A stretch of DNA of 64,000 bases from Octopus vulgaris (Eukaryota): NCBI GenBank assembly GCA_951406725.2, contig OX597833.1, forward strand, positions 1,240,001-1,304,000, written 5' to 3'. Made by a program: the position numbers and the translations under genes. The notes under the pieces are model-generated. The model was not told where the DNA came from. It made no database searches and worked only from the letters and a program-made list of their open reading frames with translations. Position 1 is the stretch's first letter. Every line of letters starts with the position of its first letter. This document shows, piece after piece, positions 28,285-42,096 of the stretch.

Positions 28285-28382
28285 CCTATATATCTATCTA
28301 TCTATCTATCTATATGCCTGTCTGTCTATCAAGCTATCTGTGTATCTATCTATCTAGCTATCTGTCTATCTATCTTTTTATC

Positions 28383-28413
<31 letters not shown>

Positions 28414-28448
28414 CTCTCCATCTATCTATCTTTCTCTCTATCTGTCTG

Positions 28449-28508
<60 letters not shown>

Positions 28509-29032
28509 ACTATCTATCTGTCTGTTTGTCTGTCTGTCTATCTATCTGTCTGTCTGTCTCTCGTTCTCTCTCGTTTCTTCCACATCGTTCTTCAGACTAA
28601 AATGTCAAAGTATTACAGAAAATGTCAAATGCAGTAATTTTTATTCAATTTTCATTATCTAACATACTGCAATAAATACATTAATAAATAAATAAATAAG
28701 CACATAAACACAGAAAACACCACAAAACAACTATATTTAACTTAATGAGTTTAATCATACGAAAAGGACACTGATGTGTAAAAGGCAATAACTTCCTTTC
28801 ATGGCGTCGAAGGCTGTGATGTCATACATTGTACTTGAAATGTAAAATAAGGCGGAAGTGATTCTTGCAAAGCAGCAGACAAGTCCTTCTGCAATTTCTC
28901 TCTTATTTTCTACATTTTAAAGTAGAAAATTTTGTAATATTATTTTAATAAAGTCTATAATGGTGCATATGTTAAGCGTAACCAGCCAAAAAAATTATTA
29001 TTGATGTTGTTATCATCATCATTATTATTATT

Positions 29033-29700
29033 AAGATGACGAGCTGGCAGAAACGTTAGCACGCCGGGCGAAATGCTCAGCAGTATATCGTCTGAGTTCA
29101 AATTCCACCGAGGTCGACTTTGCCTTTCATCCTTTCGGGGTCGATTATATAAGTGCCAGTTACGCACTGGGGTAGATCTAATCGACTTAATCCGTTTGTC
29201 TGTCCTTGTTTGTCCTCTCTGGGTTTAGCTCCTTGTGGGTAGTAAAGAAATAGGTATTTCGTCTGCCGCTATGTTCTGAGTTTAAATTCCGCCGAGGTCG
29301 ACTTTGCCTTTCATCCTTTCGGGGTCGATTAAATAAGTACCAGTTATGCACTGGGGTAGATCTAATCGACTTAATCCGTTTGTCTGTCCTTGTTTGTCCT
29401 CTCTGGGTTTAGCTCCTTGTGGGTAGTAAAGAAATAGGTACATCGTCTGCTGTTACGTTCTGAGTTCAAATTCCGCAGAGGTCGACTTTGCCTTTCATCC
29501 TGTCAGGGTTGATAGAATTAGTACCTGTTGCGTACTGGGGTTGATATCATCGACTTAATCCCTTTGTCTGTCGTTGTTTGTCCCTTCTACGTTTAGCCCC
29601 CTGTGGGCAATAAAGAAATAAATATAAAGTTACACACTGGGGTCGATGTAATCGACTTAATCCCTTACCCCAAATTTGAAGCTTTGTGTTTCCAGTAAAA
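29033..29700 (+). mobile_element. SINE family A with head and about three tandem body units
   Basis: Head GAGCTGGCAGAAACGTTAGC; junctions AAAGAAATA|GGTA at ~29252 and ~29436. Confidence 0.9.
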
Positions 29701-29717
29701 TAATAATAATAATAATA

Positions 29718-29763
<46 letters not shown>

Positions 29764-29774
29764 TTATTATTATT

Positions 29775-29806
<32 letters not shown>

Positions 29807-29819
29807 TATTATTATTATT

Positions 29820-30377
29820 GGTATCTCCTCGTGGATTTCAAAGAGGAAGGACGTGTGTTCGTGAGCTGTGCGTTTTTGTTCAATTTTTACAGATAATATT
29901 GTTGTATCTGAACATCTTTTATGACATTTTTGCGGCCAGGCCGACTGAGCCCTTCATGAGCTGAGCAGTTAGGCGGGATTTTATCGCTTTTGGGGCGAGT
30001 TTTCAATTAAGATTCTTAATTTCTCTTTCTTCTTTTTTTCATTGTTCGATTTTAGAATTTGCAAAATGTCCTTGGCGAAGAACGTCAGCTCTTCCTTTCT
30101 TTTTGACTTCTCCGCTCTGCTGTTGGAAACAACCAAAAGAGTTTTGAAATTATTCGTCTCTGCCTTTTCCGCGCCTTCAAAAGCGGAGAGAGAGGGGCGA
30201 CCGAAATCTTGGTAGCACGTGCAACGCTGAGCAACAGAAGGGAAAAGAAAAAAATAAACAAGAGAAGGAAGAGCAAGGAAATTTAGCTAATGGATGGTGC
30301 TAGCGTCGCAACACCTGTGAATCCAAGCCCTACCACCATCACCACTACCACCACTAACACTAACACACTGAACACTG

Positions 30378-30411
<34 letters not shown>

Positions 30412-31765
30412 ACCCAATGCATTGAACGGCCGAGGGTTTGCTTCAATTGCAAAGCCTAGAAATGAATTCTGCTGGGTTCGGCTGCTCTGCATTGATAAGG
30501 GGCAAATACACTAAAACTAGTCTGAAGATGCCTGACCAGCAAGGGGAATCTGCTGACCTCCCCTGTTCGAAGGTTATAATAGACACAGGTTCGTATGTCA
30601 TATAGCTAGCTAGAGACGATGGCCTCTTGGAGAAAATCAACGGCAGTATTTGTCCTATATTTCTGGACTGCCAGTTTAGCCTGGCGATAACTATTAATAG
30701 AATTCCTTAATGTTTCTGTAAAATCTTTCTAAGACTACAGGAACATGTTAAAAAGAAAATGTGAAAGTTGTGTTTCGATAAACACACCTTCAGATATTAT
30801 AGAGAAAACAAACAAACGTATCATAGTGTACAAAACTATGTCTTTAAAATGTAGACGTTTAGAAACTTCCACAAAGCAGACGTAACATATCTGTCGTGGG
30901 GTAAGAAATATGGCACAATTGAAATCAGATTTGCTACAGAAAACGTAGCAAAACGGCACTCAACAGCCCAGCTGAGAAACAGTGAACTTGTCCTTGTTCC
31001 AACATACTTGGGACGGCGCGTCAACAAGATAAAAATATTGGAGATACCACCAGAACTGAATGCTTGCTGGATTGTCGCAGCCGTCCTCGACTTGGAAGAT
31101 AAAGTCAGAATCATCCAAGTCGAGAAACAAGGAAAAAAACAACTGGACTGGTCAGGAATTGCAAATAATGGTCCAAGTAAACCAAGACGTTTTGGAACAA
31201 ATTCCTGACCAACTCAGCCTTCCAGATGACACTATGCTGAACGTCACAGTTGAGGGTAGAAGGCCAAGATGTTGTCAATGCGGACAGAATAACCACCTGA
31301 AAGCTTTCTACCCACAACTAAAACAGAAGGCGGGCACTACCTCCTTGATACAAGAACCACCTACACTACAACAACTGAAGCAACCCCAACTACAGAAGCA
31401 AGCCTAACAACAAAAGCAATTCCAACGAGAGAAGAAACCCCAGGAAAAGAAAGCAGAGATGGATCCAGCATGCACACCACCACCAACACCACACCAGGCA
31501 ACAACGCCAACAACAGGGGTGCTGACCACAACCACCATCATAGTGCCTACAAAAACACCATCAAAGCAGCTCTTGCCAGAGGGACAAAAAGCATCAGTGA
31601 ATTTCGACCCAATGGAATTACTCCTTCCCGACTCTGACCACCCAGACGTGTCGTGCGGGGAGACCGACAGAACTGAGTGGACAGAGGTCACACGTAAAAT
31701 ACCAAGAAAGATGGCACCACAGTACACCAACAAATAAACAAGCTTTACCCCCAAAAACATTGTGT
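29820..31765 (+). mobile_element. Decayed ORF1-only non-LTR element (gag-like, zinc knuckle)
   Basis: Frameshifted ORF ...WGKKYGTIEIRFATENVAKRHS...PTYLGRRVNKIKILEIPPEL...LNVTVEGRRPRCCQCGQNNHLKAFYP (degenerate CX2CX4HX4C), then EWTEVTRK, AATAAA at 31733-31738 and a microsatellite; no ORF2 follows. Confidence 0.65.
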
Positions 31766-31825
31766 ATGTGTATATATATATATATAAATATGTGTCTTGT
31801 CCCAGTTTGTATTCTTCTACATATA

Positions 31826-31870
<45 letters not shown>

Positions 31871-32311
31871 AACATACATATATATGTATAAGTATGTATG
31901 TGCATACATACATTTCTTTCTTACTCTCCCTGTCTCTCTCACTCAAAGCATGTACAGCCAGCCAGCCAACCAGACAGACAGACAGACAGGAAGACAGATA
32001 GATAGATGGATAGATAGTAATGCATATAGATATACTATATATGTATATGGATATGCATATATATATATATATATCTCTTGAGAGAGAAGTACATACATAT
32101 ATGCATACATGCATACATACATATATATATATATATCTTGAGAGAGATACATACATATATACATACACACATGCATGCATACATACACACATACATACAT
32201 ACGTACATATATGCATGCATACATGCATACATACATACATGCATACATACATACATACATACATAGATACATACATACATACATACATACATACATACAT
32301 ACATACATACA

Positions 32312-32343
<32 letters not shown>

Positions 32344-32709
32344 CTTACTCGTGTGGTGATTCTTTAAGGATTGACTTTTGAGTTCTTTGAAGTAAATGGG
32401 TCATCAGAGAAAAGTGTGTTTCGAGATTGTTCTCGTTGGTAATTCTATTTCTATGGCTTTCAAGAAACAGGAGATTATGTTTTTAATCATCACCATCGTC
32501 GTCATCACCATTGTCGTCATCATCATCGTCGTCATCATCATCGTCGTTGTCGTCGTGGTCCCTGTCGCTGTCAGCTTCGTTGTCAACAAGATTACACAAG
32601 TACATCAGTCTGAGATTAAGGAACTGAAATTCTTACAATTCAACAACGGAATCAACAACCACAACTGCAGCAACAAGGGTGAATACAATAGTAACAACAG
32701 CAACAGCAG

Positions 32710-33078
32710 TGGAGGCGCAATGGCCCAGTGGTTAGGGCAGCGGACTCGCGGTCGGAGGATCGAGGTTTCCATTCCCAGACCGGACGTTCTGTGTGTTTAT
32801 TGAGCGAAAACACCTAAAGCTCCACGAGGCTCCGGCGGGGGAGGGTGCGACCACTGTTGTACTCTTTCACCCCCAACTTTCTCTCACTCTTTCTTCCTGT
32901 TTCTTGTCCTCCCCGACTTCCTACGCAACCGCTGAGCCTGGATGCGCATTCATCCATCCGTCGATGCTCTCGGTGTCGGGGGTTGACCTGCTTTCTCTTC
33001 TGCGGGTCTCACGAATAGCAAAGGACCACGTTTCGGACTTCTCCCATCTTGCGAGCTCTGGGACGAAGACCGTTCACT
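32710..33078 (+). mobile_element. tRNA(Arg)-like SINE with probable 15-bp TSD
   Basis: A-box TGGCCCAGTGG, anticodon-arm-like GGACTCGCGGTC, B-box-like GGTTTCCATTCC; CAACAGCAACAGCAG on both flanks (low-complexity, so the TSD is less certain). Confidence 0.8.
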
Positions 33079-34127
33079 CAACAGCAACAGCAGCACCAGC
33101 AATGACTAATGAATAGATACAACAACAGCAACAAGAACGATCCATATATTAATACAATGGTACGTCTCCACCTACCTACCTTCTGCATATGATTAAAGGA
33201 AGTAACTGAAATAGAAGAGAAAGTAAAGAGTTATGGTAGTAATGGGTAATGGGAGGGAATCATTAGTGGTGATGAGACAGGAACAGCGGGATAATCAAAA
33301 TGTAAGACAGAGCATTCTATGAGGTGAGAGGCTATTTAAAGGTGGGAGGTAACGCAAACATGCAAAGGAAAGAGGGTGAAGTGATATGAAGATCGAAACA
33401 CTAACATTACGGGGGGCAAAGAAAGACTATAAAGATAGTTAACTTTTGACGTCACTGCATTTGTAGTTAATCTTTCATTTTCATTACTTCGTTCTCTCCC
33501 TATTTTGTAATGGGTTCTTGAAAAGTAACTTAGGGTTTACTTGAGCGCATGTTTCACTGTAAACTGATTTTGGTCTTAGGTTGGAAATTCATCCAAAATG
33601 TGTAATTAATGAGTGTTGTTTCTGGTAGGTCCCTATGAAGAAAGTAACTGAGGGCTCTAACAACACGACCCCTACTCTTGAATTAGAGGGTTATGATGGA
33701 TACATGGGTTTCTTGAGGTAAGGTGAAAGATAATAGATAACAACCCACGAACTAGTGTATAACAAGGATTATAGCCTGCATAGTTGTTGTATCCTAAGAC
33801 TGCGCATTCAATGTCAATTATGGGGAATTTTAAGACCATCTAAAGAATAAAATACTTCAAACTTTTTTGTTTTCTATAAACGTCCAGTCTTCTTCTAGTT
33901 TTCAAAATAACCGTGAGATTTCCGTAGGTAGTGCTCATTATCTTTAATTAGTGTTAATTATGAATGAAACTGTACACTATAATTAATCTAGCGACTCGAA
34001 CGAGAGCTTTATTGCAGTTGTTTGATCTGCTAAAAGTAGGAGTCAATCTCCTTTCATCACAGCCTGCTATTCTAAAGAAAAAACAGACTTACAAGACAAC
34101 AAGAAGTATGGCAAGGAAAAAGGACCT

Positions 34128-34158
<31 letters not shown>

Positions 34159-34576
34159 AAGAAGAAGAAGAAGAAGAAGAAGAAGAAGAAGAAGAAGAAG
34201 AAGAAGGAGAAGGAGAAGAGGAAGAAGAAGAAGGAGAAGAAGAAGAAGGAGAAGGAGAAGAGGAAGGAGAAGAAGAAGAAGAAGAAGAAGAAGGAGAAGA
34301 AGAAGAAGAAGAAGAAGAAGAAGAAGAAGAAGGAGAAGGAGAAGGAGAAGAGGAAGAAGAAGAAGAAGAAGAAGAAGGAGAAGGAGAAGGAGAAGAAGAA
34401 GAAGAAGAAGAAGAAGAAGAAGAAGAAGAAGAAGAAGAAGGAGAAGAAGAAGAAGAAGAAGAAGAAGAAGAAGGAGAAGGAGAAGGAGAAGAAGAAGAAG
34501 AAGAAGAAGAAGAAGAAGAAGGAGAAGGAGAAGGAGAAGGAGAAGAAGAAGAGAGAAGAAGAAGAAGAAGAAGAAG

Positions 34577-34620
<44 letters not shown>

Positions 34621-34675
34621 GATGAGGATGATGAAAATAGAAAAAGAGAAGTAGAAAAAGGAGGAGGAGGAGAAG

Positions 34676-34737
<62 letters not shown>

Positions 34738-34738
34738 A

Positions 34739-34770
<32 letters not shown>

Positions 34771-34882
34771 GGTGGTGGTGGTGGTGGTGGTGGTGGTGGT
34801 GATGATGATGATGATGAAAATAGAAAAAGAGAAGTAGAAAAAGGAGGAGAAGAGAAGAAGAAGAAGAAGAAGAAGAAGAAGT

Positions 34883-34940
<58 letters not shown>

Positions 34941-35028
34941 GATGAGGATGATGAAAATAGAAAAAGAGAAGTAGAAAAAGAAGAAGGAGGAGGAGGAGGA
35001 GGAGGAGAAGAAGAAGAAGAAGAAGAAG

Positions 35029-35072
<44 letters not shown>

Positions 35073-35256
35073 GGTGGTGGTGATGGTGGTGGTGATGGTG
35101 GTGGTGGTGGTGGCGGTGATGAGGATGATGAAAATAGAAAAACAGAAGTAGAAAAAGAAGAAGGAGGAGGAGGAGGAGGAGGAGAAGAAGAAGAAGAAGA
35201 AGAAGAAGAAGAAGAAGAAGAAGAAGAAGAAGAAGAAGAAGAAGAAGAAGAAGAAG
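34128..35256. repeat. (GAA)n tract followed by a higher-order compound microsatellite repeat
   Basis: GATGATGAAAATAGAAAAA(G/C)AGAAGTAGAAAAAG occurs four times, between GAA/GAT/GGT runs. Confidence 0.9.
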
Positions 35257-35926
35257 ACGCGGGGGAGTAAAAAGTTTCACAGTGATACTAGAAAAAAAAC
35301 CGAGAAGTGAAAGCGCTTGGCCTAGAAATAGAGGAGAGAGTAATAGTTAGAGGAAGGGGAGGGAAGAGCTGTATAGATTGAGAGGACAAGTTAAAGAGAG
35401 AGTTAGTAGGAGAGGAAGAGTGGGGAGAAGGATAATGAGAGAGCGAGAAAAAACAGAGAGGGAGAGAGAGAGGTAACAGCTGCACGGGGTCTTAACTTGA
35501 AACAACGGGAGGGAAAGTGAGAGAGAGAGAGAGAGAGAGAGTGAGACAGAGTCAGACAGAGAGAAAGAGTGTATGTGTGTGTATGCGTGTGTGTGTGTGT
35601 GTACAAAAGAGAGCAAGTGAGAAGCAGAGAGGGAGAAAGAGGGACGGAGAGAGAGAGAGAGAGAGAGAGTTATTGAAAGGGTTTGTGGGGAAACAAGAGA
35701 TAAGGGGTGGGGAGGTAATACATGGAAATATGAGATGCTACATATTGGATTATGTCTTAATCCGGTATAATCTGTGTAGTAACAGACATCTGTAGCAGAG
35801 TGAAGACGTTATCACGAAGCGATGGGGATGCGGATGCGCGCCTGTCAGTGTGTGTATGCTTATGTGTATGTGAGTGTGCGTGTGTGTACATGTGTGTGTG
35901 TGACGCATTTGGGATTGGGTTTTTGA

Positions 35927-35964
<38 letters not shown>

Positions 35965-35975
35965 CTGTGTGTGAG

Positions 35976-36008
<33 letters not shown>

Positions 36009-36041
36009 ATGTATATATATAAACATATATATATATATATA

Positions 36042-36074
<33 letters not shown>

Positions 36075-36622
36075 ATATATATAAACATATATATATAAGT
36101 ATGTATGTATATATATGTGTGTATGTGTGTATGTATGTATGTATGTATGTATGTGTGTATGTATGTATGTATGTGTGTATATATGTATGTGTATGTATGT
36201 ATGTATGTATGTATGCATGCATGCAAGTGTGTATGTATATATGTATGTATGTATGTATGTATGTGTGTATGTGTGTATGTATGTATGTATGTATGTATGT
36301 GTGTATGTATGTATGTATGTGTGTGTGCATGTATGTATGTATGTGTGTATATATGTATGTGTATGTATGTATGTATGTATGTGTGTATGTGTGTATGTAT
36401 GTGTGTATGTGTGTATGTGTGTATGTATGTATGTGTGTATGTGTGTGTATGTGTGTATGTATGTGTGTATGTGTGTATGTATGTATGTATGTATGTGTGT
36501 ATGTATTTGTGTATGAATGTATATATGTGTGTGTGTGTGTGTATACACACCGATGCAGGTGTTAATGTTGTTCTCGGCGGCTACTGTTTATTTTGGTTGA
36601 TGACAGCTTTGGACTAGGTGAA

Positions 36623-36739
<117 letters not shown>

Positions 36740-36948
36740 CGATGATGATGATGATGATGATGACGATGATGATGACGATGATGATGGCGACGATGATGAT
36801 GGCGATGACGATGATGATGATGATGATGATGATGGCGACGATGATGACGGCAGCGACGACTACGATGCTAGTATTTCATTGGACAAAGTGCAACAAAATA
36901 CACACACACAGCACTCATAAAACAGAAGTACATACACTCTAGACGCAC

Positions 36949-36985
<37 letters not shown>

Positions 36986-37292
36986 ACTCACACATACACA
37001 ACGCGAACATAACATTACATTGACATTGTTTTCCTCTGATGATTAACGATGACATTATATGTTAAGTCTAAATCAATCTCCTGTGTGAAACCATAGAATC
37101 GCTCAAAGCGCCTTCCTTATTTAGCTCACCTTTCATTCACTTTCTGAATTCAAATTTCGCCAATGTGAGCTTTAACTCTCATCCTTTCGGGTTACATAAA
37201 GCAAACACCAGTAGCGCACCGAGGTTCATATAGTCCATTCCTTCTTGCCCTCCGAAATTTCCCGTCCTTAAACCAAGATTAGGAAAGGATTA

Positions 37293-37492
37293 AGGTGACG
37301 AGTTTGGCAGAATCGTTAGAGTCGGACAAAATGCGCAACAGCATTTCTCCCCGATCTTAACGCTCTGAGTTCAAATTCCGCCGAAGTCGATTTTGCATTT
37401 TATCAGCTCGGGGTGGATGAAATAAGTACCAGTTATGCTCAAGGGTCGATGTAATCTACTTACATTGCTGGCCTAGTGTAAAAATTTGAAAT
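37293..37492 (+). mobile_element. SINE family A, diverged
   Basis: GGCAGAATCGTTAG head; CTGAGTTCAAATTCCGCCGAAGTCGA. Confidence 0.7.
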
Positions 37493-37557
37493 CACTCCTC
37501 CTCCTCCTACAACTACTACTACTACTACTATTATTACTGCTACTACTATCATTATCA

Positions 37558-37815
37558 TTGAGTGAGTGAGAAAGCAGTGAATGCCATCAAAGTGACACGG
37601 GGGTGAAAATAGACGAAGCCCAATATACCCATCGTGATTACCCATCTGATAAGGGTACACCAGGCACATGCATCATAGCCTTATGTACGCGGCATAGTGA
37701 TCTTATATCAAGATAAACAGTGCATGGCCTTGCAGGTGGGGCCGTGTTAGAATTTTCTTCAAGTTGTATAGCCCATACTGCTCAAAAGGTTCATGAATAA
37801 GGGTTGTTTAAGGAT
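37558..37815 (-). mobile_element. Family C repeat, truncated
   Basis: Matches 38277-38527. Confidence 0.8.
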
Positions 37816-37825
37816 TATCATTATT

Positions 37826-38196
37826 GTTATTACCTCCGCCTTAACGAAGGCAGAGGTATTGTTTTCAATTGCATTTGTTTGTTTGTCCGTCTGTGGACAA
37901 GATATCTCAAGAACAACTGGATGGATTAGGATGAAACATTCAGGGATATTTGTCCTCTAACTGGCACGAACTGATTAGATTTTGGGATCGATCCGGTGCC
38001 GGAAAAGGATTCTGGATTGTTTTTCCGCTTTTTTAATTTAATCTTTGAGAGCGGTCGGGTTCATTTTCAGTATTCTCGTTTATAAGAGCAGTCGAGTTTA
38101 TTTCAGATATTCTCATTTTAAAAATCCTCTCTGGCTAATCGCTGAGAGGACGTTGGTGTTGCCTTGGTGGACGTTTGCGCTCTCTGAGTGATTTTG
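37826..38196 (+). mobile_element. Non-autonomous Helentron/HINE-like element
   Basis: 5' TTATTACCTCCGCCTTaacgAAGGCAGAGG hairpin, TTTG/GTCY repeats, 3' subterminal CCTTGGTGGACG plus hairpin GCTCTCTGAGT, T-rich flanks. Confidence 0.6.
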
Positions 38197-38199
38197 TTG

Positions 38200-38260
<61 letters not shown>

Positions 38261-38276
38261 CATCATTATTATTATT

Positions 38277-38825
38277 GAGTGAGAGATCAGTGCATTCCAT
38301 CAAAGTGACACTGGGGTAAAATATACGAAGCCCAATATACCCATCATGACTACCCGTCTGATAAGGGTACACCAGGCACATGCATCACAACCATATGTGC
38401 ACGACATGGTGATCTCATATCAAGATAAACAGCACATGACCTTGCAGGTGGCGCCCAGTTAGAATTTTCTTCAGGTTGAGTAGCCCATCCCGCTCAAAAG
38501 GTCGCTGAATAAGGGTTGTTTAAGGATATTGAAAGAACCACTCATGTTTCCAGAGGTGAATTATTCAAACCCCAAAGAATCCCTCTCAACACATGGCTAT
38601 GATGCTCCCCCACTACTTCTGCTCGTGATCAGAGATGCACATATCATCAGCCACTAAGGGACATGCTCAACTGGTTAAGGTCAAACAACTGACAAGCAAA
38701 TCTGTGGTATTGAGCAGAATATTTGCTGTAGCCCATCTTTTATACCAAGACAAAACAATGTATATGATAACACTTCCAATCAGTTAAGATCAGAAGCCAT
38801 GAGAGCCACTGCCTGGTACTGCATC

Positions 38826-38828
<3 letters not shown>
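38277..38828 (-). mobile_element. Family C repeat, full length (~550 bp), inside (ATT)n
   Basis: Five copies in the window, all abutting (ATT)n; two truncated copies retain the GAGTGAGAGAGCAG end, taken as the 3' end. Confidence 0.85.
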
Positions 38829-38867
<39 letters not shown>

Positions 38868-38942
38868 ATTTCATTATTATATGTAAATACTCTACACTTT
38901 ATGTCTGTCTCAGTATTGTCCCCCTTGTTGCAAATAAATAAA

Positions 38943-39025
<83 letters not shown>

Positions 39026-39171
39026 TATTATTATTATTATTATTATTCTATGTTTGACTTTTGCTTTATATTTGTACAAGTTGGCTCCAAGTCTCACCCA
39101 GAGACCTCAAGAGACAACAGGGTTGGAAGTTCATGTTGTTGTTATGCCTAGTGTGCCATATATTTGGGGGG

Positions 39172-39289
<118 letters not shown>

Positions 39290-39314
39290 GTTATTATTAT
39301 TATTATTATTATTA

Positions 39315-39405
<91 letters not shown>

Positions 39406-39476
39406 CATTATTATTATTATTAATATTATCATTATTATTATTATTATTGTTATTATTGTTATTATTATTATTATTA

Positions 39477-39557
<81 letters not shown>

Positions 39558-39558
<1 letters not shown>

Positions 39559-41445
39559 GAGTGAGAGAGCAGTGCATGCCATCAAAGTGACACTGGGGTA
39601 AAATATACGAAGCCCAGTATACCCATCATGACTGCCCACCTCTCTGTAAATATTCTAGTAGGTTTCTTTTTTCTTTCCATCTCTACACACCCTTCCACAG
39701 CATTTAAGCCTCTCCACCCTAGTCTCTCTTCATATGCAACCGATTTATATCAGCTTTTGGATGGTGGGCTCCATACATTGTCAGTAGCTTTCTAGTCCCT
39801 GTATGCCGGTTTGGTCCAATCTTCAATTCCATGTCACTTCAATTCTGATGCCACTTTGAACACATACTCTGCTCTCTCACTCAATAATCTCCTTTCCGCA
39901 ATTAATATGTGTCTTGCATTTACGGCATCAAAGAAATTTTTAATTCTAATTTGTAATATTTTCTCACTCTCCTTGTATACTCCCTACTGGTAATATACGC
40001 CTCTAGAATTCCCAAATACATAAAGCACTCTACTTTCTTAGCTGCTTTCATTCTTTACCCCTTTGATATTTTAATTCCCTAGTTTCTTTCAAATATTCGT
40101 CGTTTCATTTTCAATATGGCGCACTTTTCAATCCCAAATTCCATACCTACATCATTTGAGAAGATTCGAACAGCACGGACAAGTCTTTCAAGCTGCCTCT
40201 CATTTTTCCCATAAAGCTTTATATCTTCCACAAAATGGAGATGATTTATCTGACCATATCCTTTTCCAGATCATAACCTATCTTAACTACTCGTAATATC
40301 AGACTGAGCGGCATCGTGGCCAATACAAATAATAATGGAGATAAGCTATCTATTTCTTTACTACCCACAAGGGGCTAAACACAGAGGGGACAAACAAGGA
40401 CAAACGGATTAAGTCGATTATATCAACCTCAGTGTGTTACTGGTACTTAATTTATCGACCCTGAAAGGATGAAAGGCAAAGTCGACCTCGACGGAATTTG
40501 AACTCAGAACGTAGTGGCAGACAAAATACCTATTTCTTTACTACCCACAAGGGGCTAATCACCGAGGGAACAATCAAGGACAAACGGATTAAGTCGATTA
40601 TATCGACCCCAGTGTGTTACTGGTACTTAATTTATCGACCCTGAATGTATGAAAGACAAAGTCGACCTCGACGGAATTTGAACTCAGAACGTAGTGGCAG
40701 ACAAAATACCTATTTCTTTACTACCCACAAGGGGCTAATCACCGAGGGGACAATCAAGGACAAACGGATTAAGTCGATTATATTGACCCCAGTGCGTAAC
40801 TGGTACTTAATTTATCGACCCCGAAAGTATGAAAGCCAAAGTCGACCTCGACGGAATTTGAACTCAGAACGTAGTGGCAGACAAAATACCTATTTCTTTA
40901 CTACCCACAAGGGGCTAAACGCAGAGGGGACAAACAAGGACAAACGGATTAAGTCGATTATATCGACCCCAGTGTGTTACTGGTACTTAATTCATCGACC
41001 CTGAAAGGATGAAAGGCAAAGTCGACCTCGGCGGAATTTAAACTCAGAACGTAGCGTCAGACGAAATACTTCTAAGCATTTCGCCCGGCGTGCTAAATTT
41101 CTGCCAGCTCGCCGCCTTAATGGAGATAAGCTATCCCCTTCAAATATACCAAATTTGATGTCCACCCTTCCAAGTATTTCTTTTCCTTCAATCAATTCAG
41201 TACCTCAATTTATTTACCATTTTTTTCTGTATTTTCTTTCACCCCAAACATGTTCATTGGTTTACTCATCCAACCGTATGGAACCAAGCCTTATGTTTTT
41301 TTCTGTAATCCAACCATGCAACATTCAATCCCGTCAATCTAAGTCTACAATTTCGAATTATTTTCTCAACCAATATTCGGATTTTTGTGGCCCTACTTTC
41401 TTTTCTGCATCCATTTTGTTCTACTGGAAGTAGTTTGATATTTTC
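39558..41445 (-). pseudogene. R4/Dong-like non-LTR RT fragment joined to a family C 3' end, interrupted by a SINE concatemer
   Basis: GIFEGDSLSPLLFVLATMPLSLIL, INHLHFVEDIKLYGKNE (after a frameshift), FSNDVGMEFGIEKCA, GAHHPKADINRL, GGRGL-like. Confidence 0.8.
40351..41117 (-). mobile_element. SINE family A: one head + four 180-bp units, 18-bp TSD
   Basis: TATTTCTTTACTACCCACAA at 40351, 40531, 40711 and 40891; TAATGGAGATAAGCTATC at 40333-40350 and 41118-41135. Confidence 0.95.
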
Positions 41446-41491
41446 CGGATGTGGTTGCTGCTGTTGTTGTTGTTGCTATTATTATTATTAC

Positions 41492-41990
41492 TGAGTGAGG
41501 GAGCAGTGCATGCCATCAAAGTGACACTGGGGTAAAATATACAAAGCCCAGTATACCCATCGTGACTACCCATCTGATAAGGGCACACCAGGCACATGCA
41601 TCATAACCATATGTGCGCGACATGGTGATCTCATATCAAGATAAACAGCGCATGACCTTGCAGGTGGGGCCCAGTTAGAAATTTTCTTCTGGTCGAATAA
41701 CCCATCCCACTCGAAAAGTCCTTGAATAAGGATTGTTTAAGGATGTTGAACGAACCACTCATGTTTCCAAAGGTGAATTATCCAAACCTCTAAGAATTCC
41801 TCTCAACACATATCTATGATGCTCCCCCACTACTTCTGCTCGTGATCAGAGATGCACAAATCGTCAGCCACTAAGAGACATGGTCAACTGGTTAAGGTCA
41901 AACAACTGACAAGCAACTGGCAAATACTGAACAGAATATTTGCTGCAGATCATCTTTTATACCATGATAAGACAACGTGCATGATAACAT
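41492..41990 (-). mobile_element. Family C repeat, near full length
   Basis: Matches 38277-38775; (ATT)n on both sides. Confidence 0.85.
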
Positions 41991-42038
41991 TTCTATTATT
42001 ATAATCATAATCCTTATTATTATTATTAACATTATTAA

Positions 42039-42096
<58 letters not shown>

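Noticed and set aside
32711-32785. tRNA gene
   Set aside because: The acceptor and T arms are imperfect and it continues into a SINE body; family A and B heads were rejected likewise.
33964-35280. Poly-Lys/Glu/Asp ORF and its antisense ORF
   Set aside because: Entirely GAA/GAT/GGT repeats; the frame differs between repeat units.
40351-41117. Regular 180-bp repeats as a CRISPR array
   Set aside because: Whole units repeat with no unique spacers, there are no cas genes, and the array is TSD-bounded with a SINE head.
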